DNA of 32,000 bases from NCBI RefSeq assembly GCF_000013905.1, contig NC_007969.1, positions 1,410,001 through 1,442,000 of the forward strand. The letters run 5' to 3'. This document shows positions 1-9,241 of this stretch, piece after piece; within the stretch, counting starts at the first letter, position 1; each line of letters opens with the position of its first letter. The position numbers and the translations under genes were made by a program. The notes beneath the pieces are model-generated. The model saw only the letters and a list, made by a program, of their open reading frames with translations. It made no database searches and had not been told where the DNA came from. The stretch is from Psychrobacter cryohalolentis K5. GTDB lineage: Bacteria > Pseudomonadota > Gammaproteobacteria > Pseudomonadales > Moraxellaceae.

Positions 1-125
1 TGAAGTGCTTACCACTGAGAGGTTAAAGCCTAATAGCATAATGTTACTTGTGTTTTCGGTGACTAAGACTTACGCTAATGTACATAGCATTCATTATTAT
101 AATAGTATAAATAACAAGGTTAATT

Positions 126-740
126 ATGGAACCTCTCTCATTTGCTTCATTTTCATTAGCTGCTATTTTGGCATCATTGCCAGTAAATGGCGAAGCAGTT
201 AGTAAGCCGACCATTACCACACATATTAGTCCTGCGATTGCTGGACAGTGGGAGATTGATTTAAATAGTAGTATCACGATGACCAAAGAAGCTGAGGCGC
301 GGCAAGCAGCGTCAAAAGACAGGAGTCAGATTAAAAGTAACGAACCTAAAGTCGACGCCGGTGCAGGACTATTGACACAAAACGAAAAACGTCTTATTAA
401 TATTCAAACTGATACCAGCAAAAAACTCATTGCATCAGCAAAGAAATCTGCTCAGTGCCGTGAGCTTTACAATTTTGCTGCTGATAATGAAATGTGGTCA
501 GTCAGTGGCAAAGAGTGGACTTATGGACGTTATTTGATTACGCACCGTGAGGAGGGGCTACCTATCATTGCTATTAAAACCGTTTACGATAACAATGAAG
601 TAGATTGCTCCGGTAGCCAGATAGATCAGAGCAATGAGGCGTTGATTGCCTTTTTAAATCATGATGGCAATCAAATGCAGTGGTGTGCTGATCCTGATGG
701 CAAAGAGTGCTTTATGAATTTTAATAGAATTCTGCCATAG
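126..740 (+). CDS. hypothetical exported protein (signal-like N-terminus, four Cys in the C-terminal half)
   Basis: 204-aa ORF. An in-frame stop at 108-110 fixes the ATG at 126, and AAGG lies about 7 nt upstream. The N-terminus FASFSLAAILASLPVNG is hydrophobic and signal-like. A strong terminator follows the ORF. No family recognised. Confidence 0.55.
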   Translation: MEPLSFASFSLAAILASLPVNGEAVSKPTITTHISPAIAGQWEIDLNSSITMTKEAEARQAASKDRSQIKSNEPKVDAGAGLLTQNEKRLINIQTDTSKKLIASAKKSAQCRELYNFAADNEMWSVSGKEWTYGRYLITHREEGLPIIAIKTVYDNNEVDCSGSQIDQSNEALIAFLNHDGNQMQWCADPDGKECFMNFNRILP

Positions 741-788
741 TAATGGTTTTTCAGTGACTTTGCTTTAGCTTTAATTACAATCATCAAT

Positions 789-824
789 AAAAAAACCGCT
801 ATCTGCATGGATAGCGGTTTTTTT
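789..824. terminator. bidirectional rho-independent terminator between the convergent ORF 126-740 and accC
   Basis: A7 run, then stem ccgctatc (796-803) / gatagcgg (810-817) with loop tgcatg, then T7 run (818-824). The A and T runs make it functional on both strands. Confidence 0.75.
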
Positions 825-876
825 AATGAGAAAAAATCTTGATAATAAAGATATTTGATATCAATATTTAATCAGT

Positions 877-2238
877 TCACAAGTTAGATTTTTCTTTATT
901 AGCAGTTAACAACTCTCTTTCAAGATAATGAATATTCTGTGCTTCATGAACAAAATTATCATCTGATAAAATTACATCACGATGCATCGGGATATTTGTT
1001 TTGATACCTTCGATAACCAACTCATCAAGTGCCTGTAGCGTTTTCGAAATCGCTTGCTGACGGGTTTGACCATGACAGATAAGCTTACCAATCAAAGAGT
1101 CATAGTAACTTGGAATCTCATAGCCAGGATATAGATGTGAGTCAAAGCGGATACCAGCCCCACTAGGTGAATACAGCTGAGTAACCGTACCAGGTGATGG
1201 CATAAAGGTCACTGGATCTTCAGCATTGATGCGACATTCAATCGCATGACCTTGAATTTCAATCTCACTTTGGCGATACGATAGACCGTAGCCTGCTGCG
1301 ATTTTTAACTGTTCAACGACCACATCAATGCCTGTAATCATCTCAGTAATAGTATGCTCAACTTGTACGCGAGTGTTCATCTCAATAAAGAAATATTCAT
1401 TATTTTCAAATAAAAACTCAAAAGTACCAGCACCGCGGTATTTGACCAGCTTACAAGCTTTTACACAAGCATCTAAGATAGGCTGACGTACATCATCAGG
1501 AATATCAGGGGCAGGGGCTTCTTCTAAAACTTTTTGATGACGACGCTGCAATGAGCAATCTCTGTCATATAAATGAATGGCATTACCATTACCATCGCCA
1601 AGTACTTGTATCTCTACATGTCGCGGGTTTTGGAGATAACGTTCCATATAAACCGTGTCATCACCAAACCATAGCTCAGCTTCTTGCTTAGCCGCTTGCA
1701 CTTGACCGATAATTTCTTCAAAGCGCTCAACCACACGCATACCACGACCACCGCCACCCGCTGCCGCTTTAATCAACAAGGGAAAACCGATATTGCGTGC
1801 TTGCTCTTCAGCATTGTGTAGCGTCACAGCACCTACTGAACCAGGTACTGTCGGCACACCCGCTTTTTTCATGGCATTGATCGCGGAAACCTTGTTTCCC
1901 ATCAGACGAATATGATCTGCAGTAGGGCCTACAAAGGTTAATCCAGCTTCTTCAATACGTTCAGCAAATTCAGCATTTTCAGCCAAAAAACCATAACCGG
2001 GGTGAATGGCATCAGCGCCAGTAATCTCAGCAGCAGTCAAGATAGTATTGATATTTAGATAGCTTTGATTGGCATTAGGCTTGCCGATACAAATGGCTTC
2101 ATCAACAAAGCGTAAGTGCATCAAATTGGCATCAGCCGTAGAGTAAACTCCAACGGTTTGAATACCAAGGGCTTTACAAGCGCGAACGATACGTAGAGCA
2201 ATCTCACCTCTATTGGCGATGAGCAGTTTTTTTATCAT
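877..2238 (-). CDS. accC: acetyl-CoA carboxylase biotin carboxylase subunit
   Basis: 453-aa ORF with N-terminus [17 protein letters not shown], an ATP-grasp glycine loop [14 protein letters not shown], and [10 protein letters not shown]. It shows full-length AccC-like similarity and lies downstream of accB. Confidence 0.97.
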   Translation of the reverse strand: MIKKLLIANRGEIALRIVRACKALGIQTVGVYSTADANLMHLRFVDEAICIGKPNANQSYLNINTILTAAEITGADAIHPGYGFLAENAEFAERIEEAGLTFVGPTADHIRLMGNKVSAINAMKKAGVPTVPGSVGAVTLHNAEEQARNIGFPLLIKAAAGGGGRGMRVVERFEEIIGQVQAAKQEAELWFGDDTVYMERYLQNPRHVEIQVLGDGNGNAIHLYDRDCSLQRRHQKVLEEAPAPDIPDDVRQPILDACVKACKLVKYRGAGTFEFLFENNEYFFIEMNTRVQVEHTITEMITGIDVVVEQLKIAAGYGLSYRQSEIEIQGHAIECRINAEDPVTFMPSPGTVTQLYSPSGAGIRFDSHLYPGYEIPSYYDSLIGKLICHGQTRQQAISKTLQALDELVIEGIKTNIPMHRDVILSDDNFVHEAQNIHYLERELLTANKEKSNL

Positions 2239-2442
2239 GGGATCATCCTTATTGAAGCGGCGTTTTTTAATGGAGTCACTATATTCAGCAATATCAAAAC
2301 TTATTATTAAGCCTAGTGATTATCTAACTTTAAAATCTTTAAGCTTAGATATGATTAAACTAAAATAGCCTAAGCATAAGTTGATATTGCCTGATAAATA
2401 GCACGCTCTCCATCAGAACGAAGTAAAGGTTGGCAAATCTGA

Positions 2443-2874
2443 TTACGCTTTATAGCGTACGATAGGCTGACCAAACTGTACCACTTCAGAATTAGTGACC
2501 AAGATCTCATCAATAACACCACTTTGAGTCGCCTCAAGAGGATTCATAATTTTCATCGCTTCAATGATGCCGAGCGTATCACCAGCTTGCACTTTTTGTC
2601 CAACCTTTATAAATGGTGGATCATTAGGACTAGGGGCTGAGTAATAAACGCCAACCATAGGTGACGTCTCAACACTACCTGCTTTCATCGCAGGCTGCGA
2701 TTCAGTAGTATGAGGTGTAGCAGCACCAGCAGTAGGTGCAGCCATCATCGTTGGCGCCGGTGCATCATAGTGACGAGTCAAACTGATATGCTCGTCATCT
2801 GAGCTGATTTCCAAATTAACCAGTTCGCTTTCTTCCATGAGTGCAATGAGGGTGCGTATTTTTTCAATATCCAT
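2443..2874 (-). CDS. accB: acetyl-CoA carboxylase biotin carboxyl carrier protein
   Basis: Biotinylation motif EAMKIMN, a Pro/Ala-rich linker, and an N-terminus MDIEKIRTLIALMEESE that matches the E. coli AccB N-terminus. I therefore chose the ATG at 2872-2874 rather than the ORF-track start at 2898. Confidence 0.93.
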   Translation of the reverse strand: MDIEKIRTLIALMEESELVNLEISSDDEHISLTRHYDAPAPTMMAAPTAGAATPHTTESQPAMKAGSVETSPMVGVYYSAPSPNDPPFIKVGQKVQAGDTLGIIEAMKIMNPLEATQSGVIDEILVTNSEVVQFGQPIVRYKA

Positions 2875-3135
2875 AATTGTATTTTTGCCTTGTAACAAAT
2901 TCGAGAAAAATAGTGTAACTAAATATTGTGTAGATAATTGCTAATGATACCTATATTCACGGCAATGAGCAATCGATGTACAGTTGTTAACTGAGTTTTT
3001 TTACATATTATGACGTAAGCGCTCGTTTGAGTAAGAAATGCTCAAGAATTTATCATAGTCTATGTGACTTGCGAGCGCCAGTGATGATTATTACAGATAA
3101 CATTTAGATAAACTTGTGTAAACCTAGTCTTATTG

Positions 3136-4512
3136 TTATCCCCACATTGCCAGCAATCTCTTTTGTTGGTATCGCAAACGTATGGTAAGTAAAATAGACG
3201 ATAAAAATAACCCTGTAATTAAAGCCATCCAAAAACCTTGCGCCCCAATATCAGTAAAGCGTACTAGATAAATACCAAGCGGTAGTGCCACTATCCAGTA
3301 GCAAAATAGGGTAACCCACATCGGTATTGTAGTATCTTGCATGCCCCGTAATATACCCGCGACATTAACTTGCCAGCCATCAAATAGCTGATAAGCAAGC
3401 GCAAAGATGAGCAAATGCATGGCTTGAGCTCGTACGACAGGATTGTCAGTGAATGCCGCTGCCAATTGTGGTCTAAATAGCCAAACACCAATCATACAGG
3501 CAAATGCAATAAGTACCGTCCATATAAGACCGGTTGCTTGTACTTGACGCAGTGCCATTAGGTTTTTTTCACCAAAGCGGTTGGATACCATAATGGTCAG
3601 TGCCATCGCGACCGAAATTGGGATCATAAACAACTGCGAGGTCACTGATAAGGCGACTTGGTGCGATGCGGTTGCCAGCTCACCCAATGGACTAATCACC
3701 AGTGCGCCTAAGCTAAATAGACTGGCTTCAAAAAAGATAGAGACGCCAATCGGAATACCAAGCTTGAGAAGTTTTTTTATCTGTGCCCGATTTGGGCTGG
3801 CAAAGGCATAAAAAAAGCGCGTACTGGCAAATTGCTGACGCTTAGTAAAGCTGGTATAAGCGGCTAATAATAAGACGTTAATCCACAAAACGATAGCAGT
3901 TGCTACCCCGCAACCAGCGCCACCCATCTCAGGCATGCCAAATAAGCCATGGATAAAAATATAGTTAAGCGGGATATCTGCAAGCAGCCCTATGATACTA
4001 ATAACTGTCACAGGCTCTGGTCGACCAAGCGCTTCACAGTAACTACGCAGCACCGCATAAACGGCAATTGCAGGGAAGCCAAATGATACGCCATGCAAAT
4101 ACTGAGTTGCTATCGGTTGTATATTTTCAGGAACACCCATGAGGGCAAGCACATTGGGTGCTAGGTTAACAATGATAAAACCAAGGATACCAATGACACC
4201 AGCCGTCCATAATGACTGCTGCGTGATATGTGGTACTTTATCGAGTTGGTTTTGACCAATGGCTTCACCGATCAGAGGCGTAGTCGCAATCAAAATACCT
4301 GTTGCTAATAAAAATAATGGTAGCCAAATACCTGAGCCGACAGCGACAGCAGCCAAATCAAGTGCCGAAACTTGACCTGCCATAATGGCATCGACAACAC
4401 CAAGCGCTGCTTGACAAAACTGGGTGATTAAGATGGGCAGCGCGAGTATACCTAAGCGTAAACTGTAACTTTTAAAATCTACAAAAGACAACGGGAAAAC
4501 CATAATGAGCAA
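3136..4512 (-). CDS. MATE family multidrug/sodium efflux transporter (NorM/DinF-like)
   Basis: 458-aa polytopic membrane protein of about 12 hydrophobic segments. The N-terminal LALPILITQFCQAALGVVDAIMAG is typical of MATE transporters. The start may be the second in-frame Met. Confidence 0.88.
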   Translation of the reverse strand: MLIMVFPLSFVDFKSYSLRLGILALPILITQFCQAALGVVDAIMAGQVSALDLAAVAVGSGIWLPLFLLATGILIATTPLIGEAIGQNQLDKVPHITQQSLWTAGVIGILGFIIVNLAPNVLALMGVPENIQPIATQYLHGVSFGFPAIAVYAVLRSYCEALGRPEPVTVISIIGLLADIPLNYIFIHGLFGMPEMGGAGCGVATAIVLWINVLLLAAYTSFTKRQQFASTRFFYAFASPNRAQIKKLLKLGIPIGVSIFFEASLFSLGALVISPLGELATASHQVALSVTSQLFMIPISVAMALTIMVSNRFGEKNLMALRQVQATGLIWTVLIAFACMIGVWLFRPQLAAAFTDNPVVRAQAMHLLIFALAYQLFDGWQVNVAGILRGMQDTTIPMWVTLFCYWIVALPLGIYLVRFTDIGAQGFWMALITGLFLSSILLTIRLRYQQKRLLAMWG

Positions 4513-4883
4513 CTTTTATTCTTTACAATAATTATTTTTGATAAACAAATTTTACTAATGAATAAACACAGCCATCAATAAATCAATAGCGAGACAGTAA
4601 AATAGGAGGTGTGCGACGATAATACTCCGATAAATAATATGAGCAAGTCCATTTTTAATAAGACTAGGCATGCAGAGTGAAAAAAGAATCACTGATGCTA
4701 AAATAAAAATAACCCGTCAATTCAAGTGATGAAGTAACAGGTCATAAGTTAATAGAATGGTAAAGAAGTCAGGCTATAATGTAAATATTTTAGAAAAGTT
4801 TGATGAAGGTCGTATTTATAGGTGTATTAAGCCCCTAATAGAAGAATTAAACATCAATTTTGGTGCTTGTAAGCCAGAATTAT

Positions 4884-5381
4884 TCATTCAATAGAGTCGG
4901 TATCTTCTGACAGTAAATTAAGATTTCCTGCAATATCCATGATTGCATACCAGTGTTTAGGCTCAAGCGGTATGATGGTCAATTGTTCACAGCCTTTTCT
5001 CAGTAATAATGAGTTCTCGAGCGTGGGCAGAAACTTTAGCTCTGACAGTGGTAATATATTGTTAAAAGCTTGATTGAAAGTCAAATCAACCATATACCAT
5101 CGCGGATTCTCTGCGGTGGCTTTCGGGTCGTAATGCCGGTGTTCAGGATGAAATTGAGTAATATCAGGATAGCCAGCTTGACTAATAGTCACGATACCAG
5201 CAACGCCAGAGGGTTTAGCACTAGAGTGGTAAAAAAACGCCTTGTCACCTACTTGCATATCATCACGCATAAAATTGCGGGCTCGGTAGTTACGCACGCC
5301 ATCCCACATCTCTGTTCCTGCACCTTCTAAGTCTTTTATACTAAAACAGCTTGGATTAGATTTTATAAGCCAATATGCCAT
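4884..5381 (-). CDS. EVE (PUA-like) domain protein
   Basis: 165 aa. MAYWLIKSNP...WDGVRNYRARNFMRDDMQVGDKAFFYHS is the characteristic EVE/ASCH-like signature. Confidence 0.85.
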   Translation of the reverse strand: MAYWLIKSNPSCFSIKDLEGAGTEMWDGVRNYRARNFMRDDMQVGDKAFFYHSSAKPSGVAGIVTISQAGYPDITQFHPEHRHYDPKATAENPRWYMVDLTFNQAFNNILPLSELKFLPTLENSLLLRKGCEQLTIIPLEPKHWYAIMDIAGNLNLLSEDTDSIE

Positions 5382-5438
5382 AGTTTTTATCCTTTTTATA
5401 TAGTTGGTTATTTATAATTATTTTATATAATAATGGTG

Positions 5439-5469
5439 ATTCTTAGTTATTTTGCCTATAACTAAGAAT
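5439..5469. promoter_or_regulatory. 12-bp perfect inverted repeat in the divergent EVE/hemW promoter region
   Basis: attcttagttat (5439-5450) and ataactaagaat (5458-5469) separated by a 7-nt spacer. The repeat lies about 60 nt upstream of the EVE gene and about 140 nt upstream of hemW. No function demonstrated. Confidence 0.3.
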
Positions 5470-5610
5470 TTTTAACATGAGCCTTTGTCATTGTTTTTGT
5501 TATCGATAGAATTTTCTTGAAGTTGGGCTTTTTTTTACTGTGCTTAGCCGTTATCCTAGCGGTATTTTCTGCTATTGATGGCAGTTACCTATTTATAGAT
5601 AAGTCCGCTT

Positions 5611-6936
5611 ATGTCAAATATCAAACCTAATCAACTGTTTCAGCAAGCAAAGCCTTTTCATGATGGTCATTCGAATGCAGTAGAAGTGACAGACATTCCA
5701 TTGGCGTTATACATCCATATCCCGTGGTGTGTCAAAAAATGCCCTTACTGTGATTTTAATTCACATGAGCTACCAGTTGATAGTCAGCTGTCCATGTATG
5801 ATGAATATGTCGATGCATTATTGCAAGATGCTGCGATGCAGCAGGTATTGACCCAAGGACGTGAGATTAGCTCCATATTTATCGGCGGTGGTACGCCGTC
5901 GTTGTTGCCCATTGCTCAATACCAGCGCTTGTTTGATGGTTTACGGAAATATTATCAATTTTCTAGCGACATCGAAATCACTATGGAGGCAAATCCAGGC
6001 ACCCTTGAGCATGCGCCATTTGCTGAGTATTTAGAGGTGGGTATTAATCGCCTATCGATAGGTGTGCAGAGCTTTTCTGCTGAACAATTAACCACGCTTG
6101 GACGTATTCATAATCCTACTCAAGCGCTATCTGCAATTAAAGCAGCTCGAGAAGCTGGATTTGAGCGCGTAAACGTGGATTTGATGCATGGACTACCAGA
6201 GCAAACCATGAGCGAGGCGTTAGACGATATTCAAATGGCACACGATGCTGGTGCGACCCATATCTCATGGTATCAGCTGACCATTGAGCCAAATACCGTA
6301 TTCTATCGCAGTCAGCCAATTTTACCCAATGAGGATCGCTTGGCAGATATAGAAGAATCTGGTCAGACATTATTACAGAATTTAGGCTATTGCAATTATG
6401 AGGTATCAGCATGGTCTGGGGCAGGGGATAAGCCTTGTCAACATAACGTCAACTACTGGCAGTTTGGTGACTATTTGGCCATTGGGGCGGGTGCTCATGG
6501 AAAAGTCACTATTGGACAAGATATGATCGGACAAGATATCGGCAATGAGATGGCGACTGACATATGGAGTATTGATAGCGAAAATACTCAATCAGGTATC
6601 TATCGCTTTAGTAAATCCCGTATGCCAAAAAGTTATATAGAATATGAAGAAGCTCATGTCCAAGATGGGGCATCAATATCAGCGCCAAAAATGGTTGGCT
6701 GGCAAGCGATTGATGAAGAGGAGTTGGTTAGTGAGTTTATGCTTAATGCCTTACGTTTGCATGGTGGCGTAGCATGGTCGTTATTTGAAGCACGTACGGG
6801 GCTAAGTTATGACAGCATTGCAATACAAGTTGCTACATTAATCGAGCAAGGTCTATTGATAGATCATCCGGAACAGTTGCAACCGACAGAACTTGGTAAA
6901 AGGTATCTCAATCAAATATTAAGAGCATTTTTATAG
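5611..6936 (+). CDS. hemW: radical SAM heme chaperone HemW (coproporphyrinogen III oxidase-like, YggW family)
   Basis: CxxxCxxC cluster motif CVKKCPYCDFNSH, followed by IFIGGGTPS, and a HemN C-terminal-like tail. At 441 aa it is longer than usual because of an internal insertion around 6500-6700. Confidence 0.9.
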   Translation: MSNIKPNQLFQQAKPFHDGHSNAVEVTDIPLALYIHIPWCVKKCPYCDFNSHELPVDSQLSMYDEYVDALLQDAAMQQVLTQGREISSIFIGGGTPSLLPIAQYQRLFDGLRKYYQFSSDIEITMEANPGTLEHAPFAEYLEVGINRLSIGVQSFSAEQLTTLGRIHNPTQALSAIKAAREAGFERVNVDLMHGLPEQTMSEALDDIQMAHDAGATHISWYQLTIEPNTVFYRSQPILPNEDRLADIEESGQTLLQNLGYCNYEVSAWSGAGDKPCQHNVNYWQFGDYLAIGAGAHGKVTIGQDMIGQDIGNEMATDIWSIDSENTQSGIYRFSKSRMPKSYIEYEEAHVQDGASISAPKMVGWQAIDEEELVSEFMLNALRLHGGVAWSLFEARTGLSYDSIAIQVATLIEQGLLIDHPEQLQPTELGKRYLNQILRAFL

Positions 6937-6975
6937 CGAAGTATGCTCGTTAAGTGTTCAGAACTTAAGCTTAAT

Positions 6976-7010
6976 AAAAAAGGGCTTATCACATAGATGA
7001 TAAGCCCTTT
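6976..7010. terminator. hairpin terminator shared by convergent hemW and the entericidin-like gene
   Basis: 12-bp perfect stem aagggcttatca (6980-6991) / tgataagccctt (6998-7009). The U-tract is good on the minus strand (A5 at 6976-6980) and weaker on the plus strand. Confidence 0.7.
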
Positions 7011-7032
7011 AAACAACCTAAATATTTAAAGC

Positions 7033-7173
7033 TTAGATTTTGTTTTGTACTTCTTGTGCAGTACCGCTTACAGCACTACCAGCGCTTGATACGTCTTGGC
7101 CTAGACCTTTAAAAGTGTTACAACCAGTTAATACAAACATAGCAGCCAAAGATGCGATAACTAATTTTTTCAT
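7033..7173 (-). CDS. entericidin A/B family small lipoprotein (46 aa), absent from the ORF track
   Basis: My own translation is MKKLVIASLAAMFVLTGCNTFKGLGQDVSSAGSAVSGTAQEVQNKI. It has a lipobox LTGC and a CNTxKGxGxD...G.A.SG pattern like E. coli EcnA/EcnB. GAGGAA lies 6 nt upstream of the ATG, and a terminator lies immediately downstream. Confidence 0.85.
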   Translation of the reverse strand: MKKLVIASLAAMFVLTGCNTFKGLGQDVSSAGSAVSGTAQEVQNKI

Positions 7174-7434
7174 GGTATATTCCTCAAAAAAGACAGATAC
7201 AGATAAGTAGTGTAGTAACAGTGAAACTTGATGTTGATCCTAAGTTACACTGCAAGATGATAACAGACGATGACAATATTTTTATATTATCCCCTTGTCC
7301 GTTACAGCCATCATAATCAAAGTTAAAATACGTGCCCAGTATCAAAATGTAATTATTGGCAGTAAACTGTAACTTTTAATTACCTTTGCCATATAAGTCA
7401 GAAAAATAACCCTAATGCTAATGACGGAGAGAGT

Positions 7435-7995
7435 ATGACCATTCATATCGTGCTGGTAGCGCCAAAAATGCCCAGTAACACGGGCAATATCATTCGTCTG
7501 TGTGCCAATAGTGGGGCGCAGCTGCATTTAGTCAAACCATTAGGGTTTGAGCTGGATGATAAAAAATTGCGCCGTGCAGGATTAGATTATCATGAGTATG
7601 CCCATCTGCAAGTACACGACAATTGGTCAATAGCAAAGCAAGCATTGCAGGATGCTGACTGTCATACCATTACGGCATTGACCACCAAGTTAAGTAAGCC
7701 TTTTTATGATTATGATTTTGGTGGACAAGAGACTGCAGAGTCGGGCAGTGATTTTTCTGGAAATAATGTGGCCATGGTTTTTGGCTCAGAAACAGCGGGA
7801 CTGGCAGATGATATACGTGAAGATATTGGCGCTGATAACTGGCTACGATTGCCGATGCTAGCAGATTCACGCAGTTTGAATCTGTCGAACAGCGTGGCAA
7901 TATGTTTATATGAGGTATGGCGACAACAAGGATTTGGCGGTGATGAAGGTCGTAGTATCGGCTATGAGACACTCATCGTCTACGACCCAAAGTAG
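7435..7995 (+). CDS. trmL: tRNA (cytidine/uridine(34)-2'-O)-methyltransferase, SpoU/TrmL family
   Basis: MTIHIVLVAPKMPSNTGNIIRLCANSGAQLHLVKPLGF...RRAGLDYH and a C-terminal NLSNSVAI SPOUT knot motif. GGAGAGAG Shine-Dalgarno upstream. Contains a short acidic insertion. Confidence 0.9.
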   Translation: MTIHIVLVAPKMPSNTGNIIRLCANSGAQLHLVKPLGFELDDKKLRRAGLDYHEYAHLQVHDNWSIAKQALQDADCHTITALTTKLSKPFYDYDFGGQETAESGSDFSGNNVAMVFGSETAGLADDIREDIGADNWLRLPMLADSRSLNLSNSVAICLYEVWRQQGFGGDEGRSIGYETLIVYDPK

Positions 7996-8009
7996 TACTT
8001 TTATTATAA

Positions 8010-8068
8010 AAATGCTCATAAAAAAGGCAGATAAATAAAGAATTTATCTGTCTTTTTTATGAGCATTT
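8010..8068. terminator. long hairpin between convergent trmL and tusE (putative bidirectional terminator)
   Basis: 27-nt arms at 8010-8036 and 8042-8068 (26 Watson-Crick pairs plus one G-T) with loop aaaga. The right arm overlaps the tusE stop codon (8067-8069). Confidence 0.6.
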
Positions 8069-8438
8069 ATAAGCAATTCGGCGGTTTGGGTAGCCCAGCG
8101 AGGCGATTGACATGGCGGGCGACCAGACCTGTGTTAAATAGCTGCTGTAGCTTTTGATTGCTGATGTCATCATCAGGTAAAGTCTGCTGTAGCCATTTTA
8201 TTAGTGGGCGCGTGGCAGGTGCGTGATTGAATTTTACAAAAAAAGCTCGTACTTGCTGTAACACTGCCAAGCGCTCAGTATCTAAGACGATATCCAAGGT
8301 ATTAGCTAGCTGCTGTGCAATATCGGGCGTCCAGATAGTGTGGTCACGTAAATGCCCATCCTGATCTAATGCTACATCGTCTAATGCCATATTTATTGAG
8401 GTCAGAGAGGATGTAGACGAGTTAATAGACATACTCAT
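8067..8438 (-). CDS. tusE: sulfurtransferase TusE (DsrC family)
   Basis: The C-terminus ...LAGLPKPPNCL has the conserved penultimate-region Cys of TusE/DsrC. FVKFNHAPATRPLIK resembles the E. coli TusE core. The start overlaps the tusB stop (ATGA, 8435-8438). Confidence 0.85.
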   Translation of the reverse strand: MSMSINSSTSSLTSINMALDDVALDQDGHLRDHTIWTPDIAQQLANTLDIVLDTERLAVLQQVRAFFVKFNHAPATRPLIKWLQQTLPDDDISNQKLQQLFNTGLVARHVNRLAGLPKPPNCL

Positions 8439-8773
8439 AAGGCAATCGTCACGACTTTATCAAAGCGGCTGTCTTGGGTCATTGCTACCCATTCTGCATC
8501 GCTTAAAATACCAGTGAGCTTTGCCGCTAGATTAAGCTTCGCTGCGGTGTTTTCATGCAACTTTGCCACATCGTCGGCAAGCGCGTAAATACCAGCAATG
8601 GTTTCTATTTCCATATTCTCGATATCGCCCAAATACGCATTGAACCAATCTATAAATGCGACGGTTGTACCAAATAAAAGGATGCTATCGCCTGCCTGCC
8701 ATGACAACGCCATTTGTTCCGTAGTGCGTCTGAGCGTATCCATACTGCTATGTAATTGATATAAAGTTGCCAT
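8435..8773 (-). CDS. tusB: sulfurtransferase complex subunit TusB (DsrH family)
   Basis: Small protein starting MATLYQLHSS (compare E. coli TusB MLHTLHRS), positioned between tusC and tusE. I chose the ATG at 8771-8773 rather than the ORF-track start at 8809. Confidence 0.75.
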   Translation of the reverse strand: MATLYQLHSSMDTLRRTTEQMALSWQAGDSILLFGTTVAFIDWFNAYLGDIENMEIETIAGIYALADDVAKLHENTAAKLNLAAKLTGILSDAEWVAMTQDSRFDKVVTIAL

Positions 8774-8848
8774 ACTCGTGTCCGATTGCTTGCTATAGGT
8801 TTGAAACAATAAAATTTTACATCAGCTTTGCTATTTATAGCTTTAAGA

Positions 8849-9172
8849 TTAAAAAGTGAGAATTTGCTCAAATACTTGTAAATTTACTTCTTCTGGAATC
8901 AAGACTAACTGCGTTGCCAAGTCCGTCGGTAGCATGCCAGCTATCCAGCCACTAAAAACATCGTCAGGTAGCCACGCTGGCGGCATGTCATAAAGCTCAA
9001 GCGCTTGAATCATACCTTGCAAGCGTGAGTTTGGCTGCATTAAAAATCCAAAGACGGGCGCATCCAAATACAGCTGCACTTCGTGCCCAAAGGTTGCCAA
9101 CGTCAAGGCCAGCGCACAGCCTTCATAGCTTGCCATTTCAGTGGGCGTATGCAGCCGAATGAGTAATTTCAT
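8849..9172 (-). CDS. tusC: sulfurtransferase complex subunit TusC (DsrF family)
   Basis: 107 aa with a DsrE/F-fold pattern (MKLLIRLHTP...EGCALALTLATFGHEVQLYL...ILTF C-terminus, like TusC ...ILRF). Lies between tusD and tusB. Confidence 0.8.
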   Translation of the reverse strand: MKLLIRLHTPTEMASYEGCALALTLATFGHEVQLYLDAPVFGFLMQPNSRLQGMIQALELYDMPPAWLPDDVFSGWIAGMLPTDLATQLVLIPEEVNLQVFEQILTF

Positions 9173-9241
9173 GAGGTTTTCCTAATCTTGTTTGTCGCTA
9201 CCTATTAGTATCAAACTGAATTTTTATTTCCATCATTTTTA

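Noticed and set aside
5-286. ORFs 5-202 (+) and 44-286 (-) at the left edge
   Set aside because: Both are AT-rich with no Shine-Dalgarno or recognisable motifs. They overlap each other and the better-supported 126-740 gene, so they are probably noise.
3291-3811. ORFs 3291-3491 (-) and 3581-3811 (+) inside the MATE transporter gene
   Set aside because: They are alternative-frame or antisense ORFs nested in a well-supported 458-aa membrane protein gene. They have no motifs or ribosome binding sites.
4513-4883. 6S RNA (ssrS) or another ncRNA next to the EVE gene, since I recall EVE genes often neighbouring zapA-ssrS-fau
   Set aside because: The region is very AT-rich, I could not find an extended closing stem or central-bubble architecture, and no zapA or fau genes are nearby.
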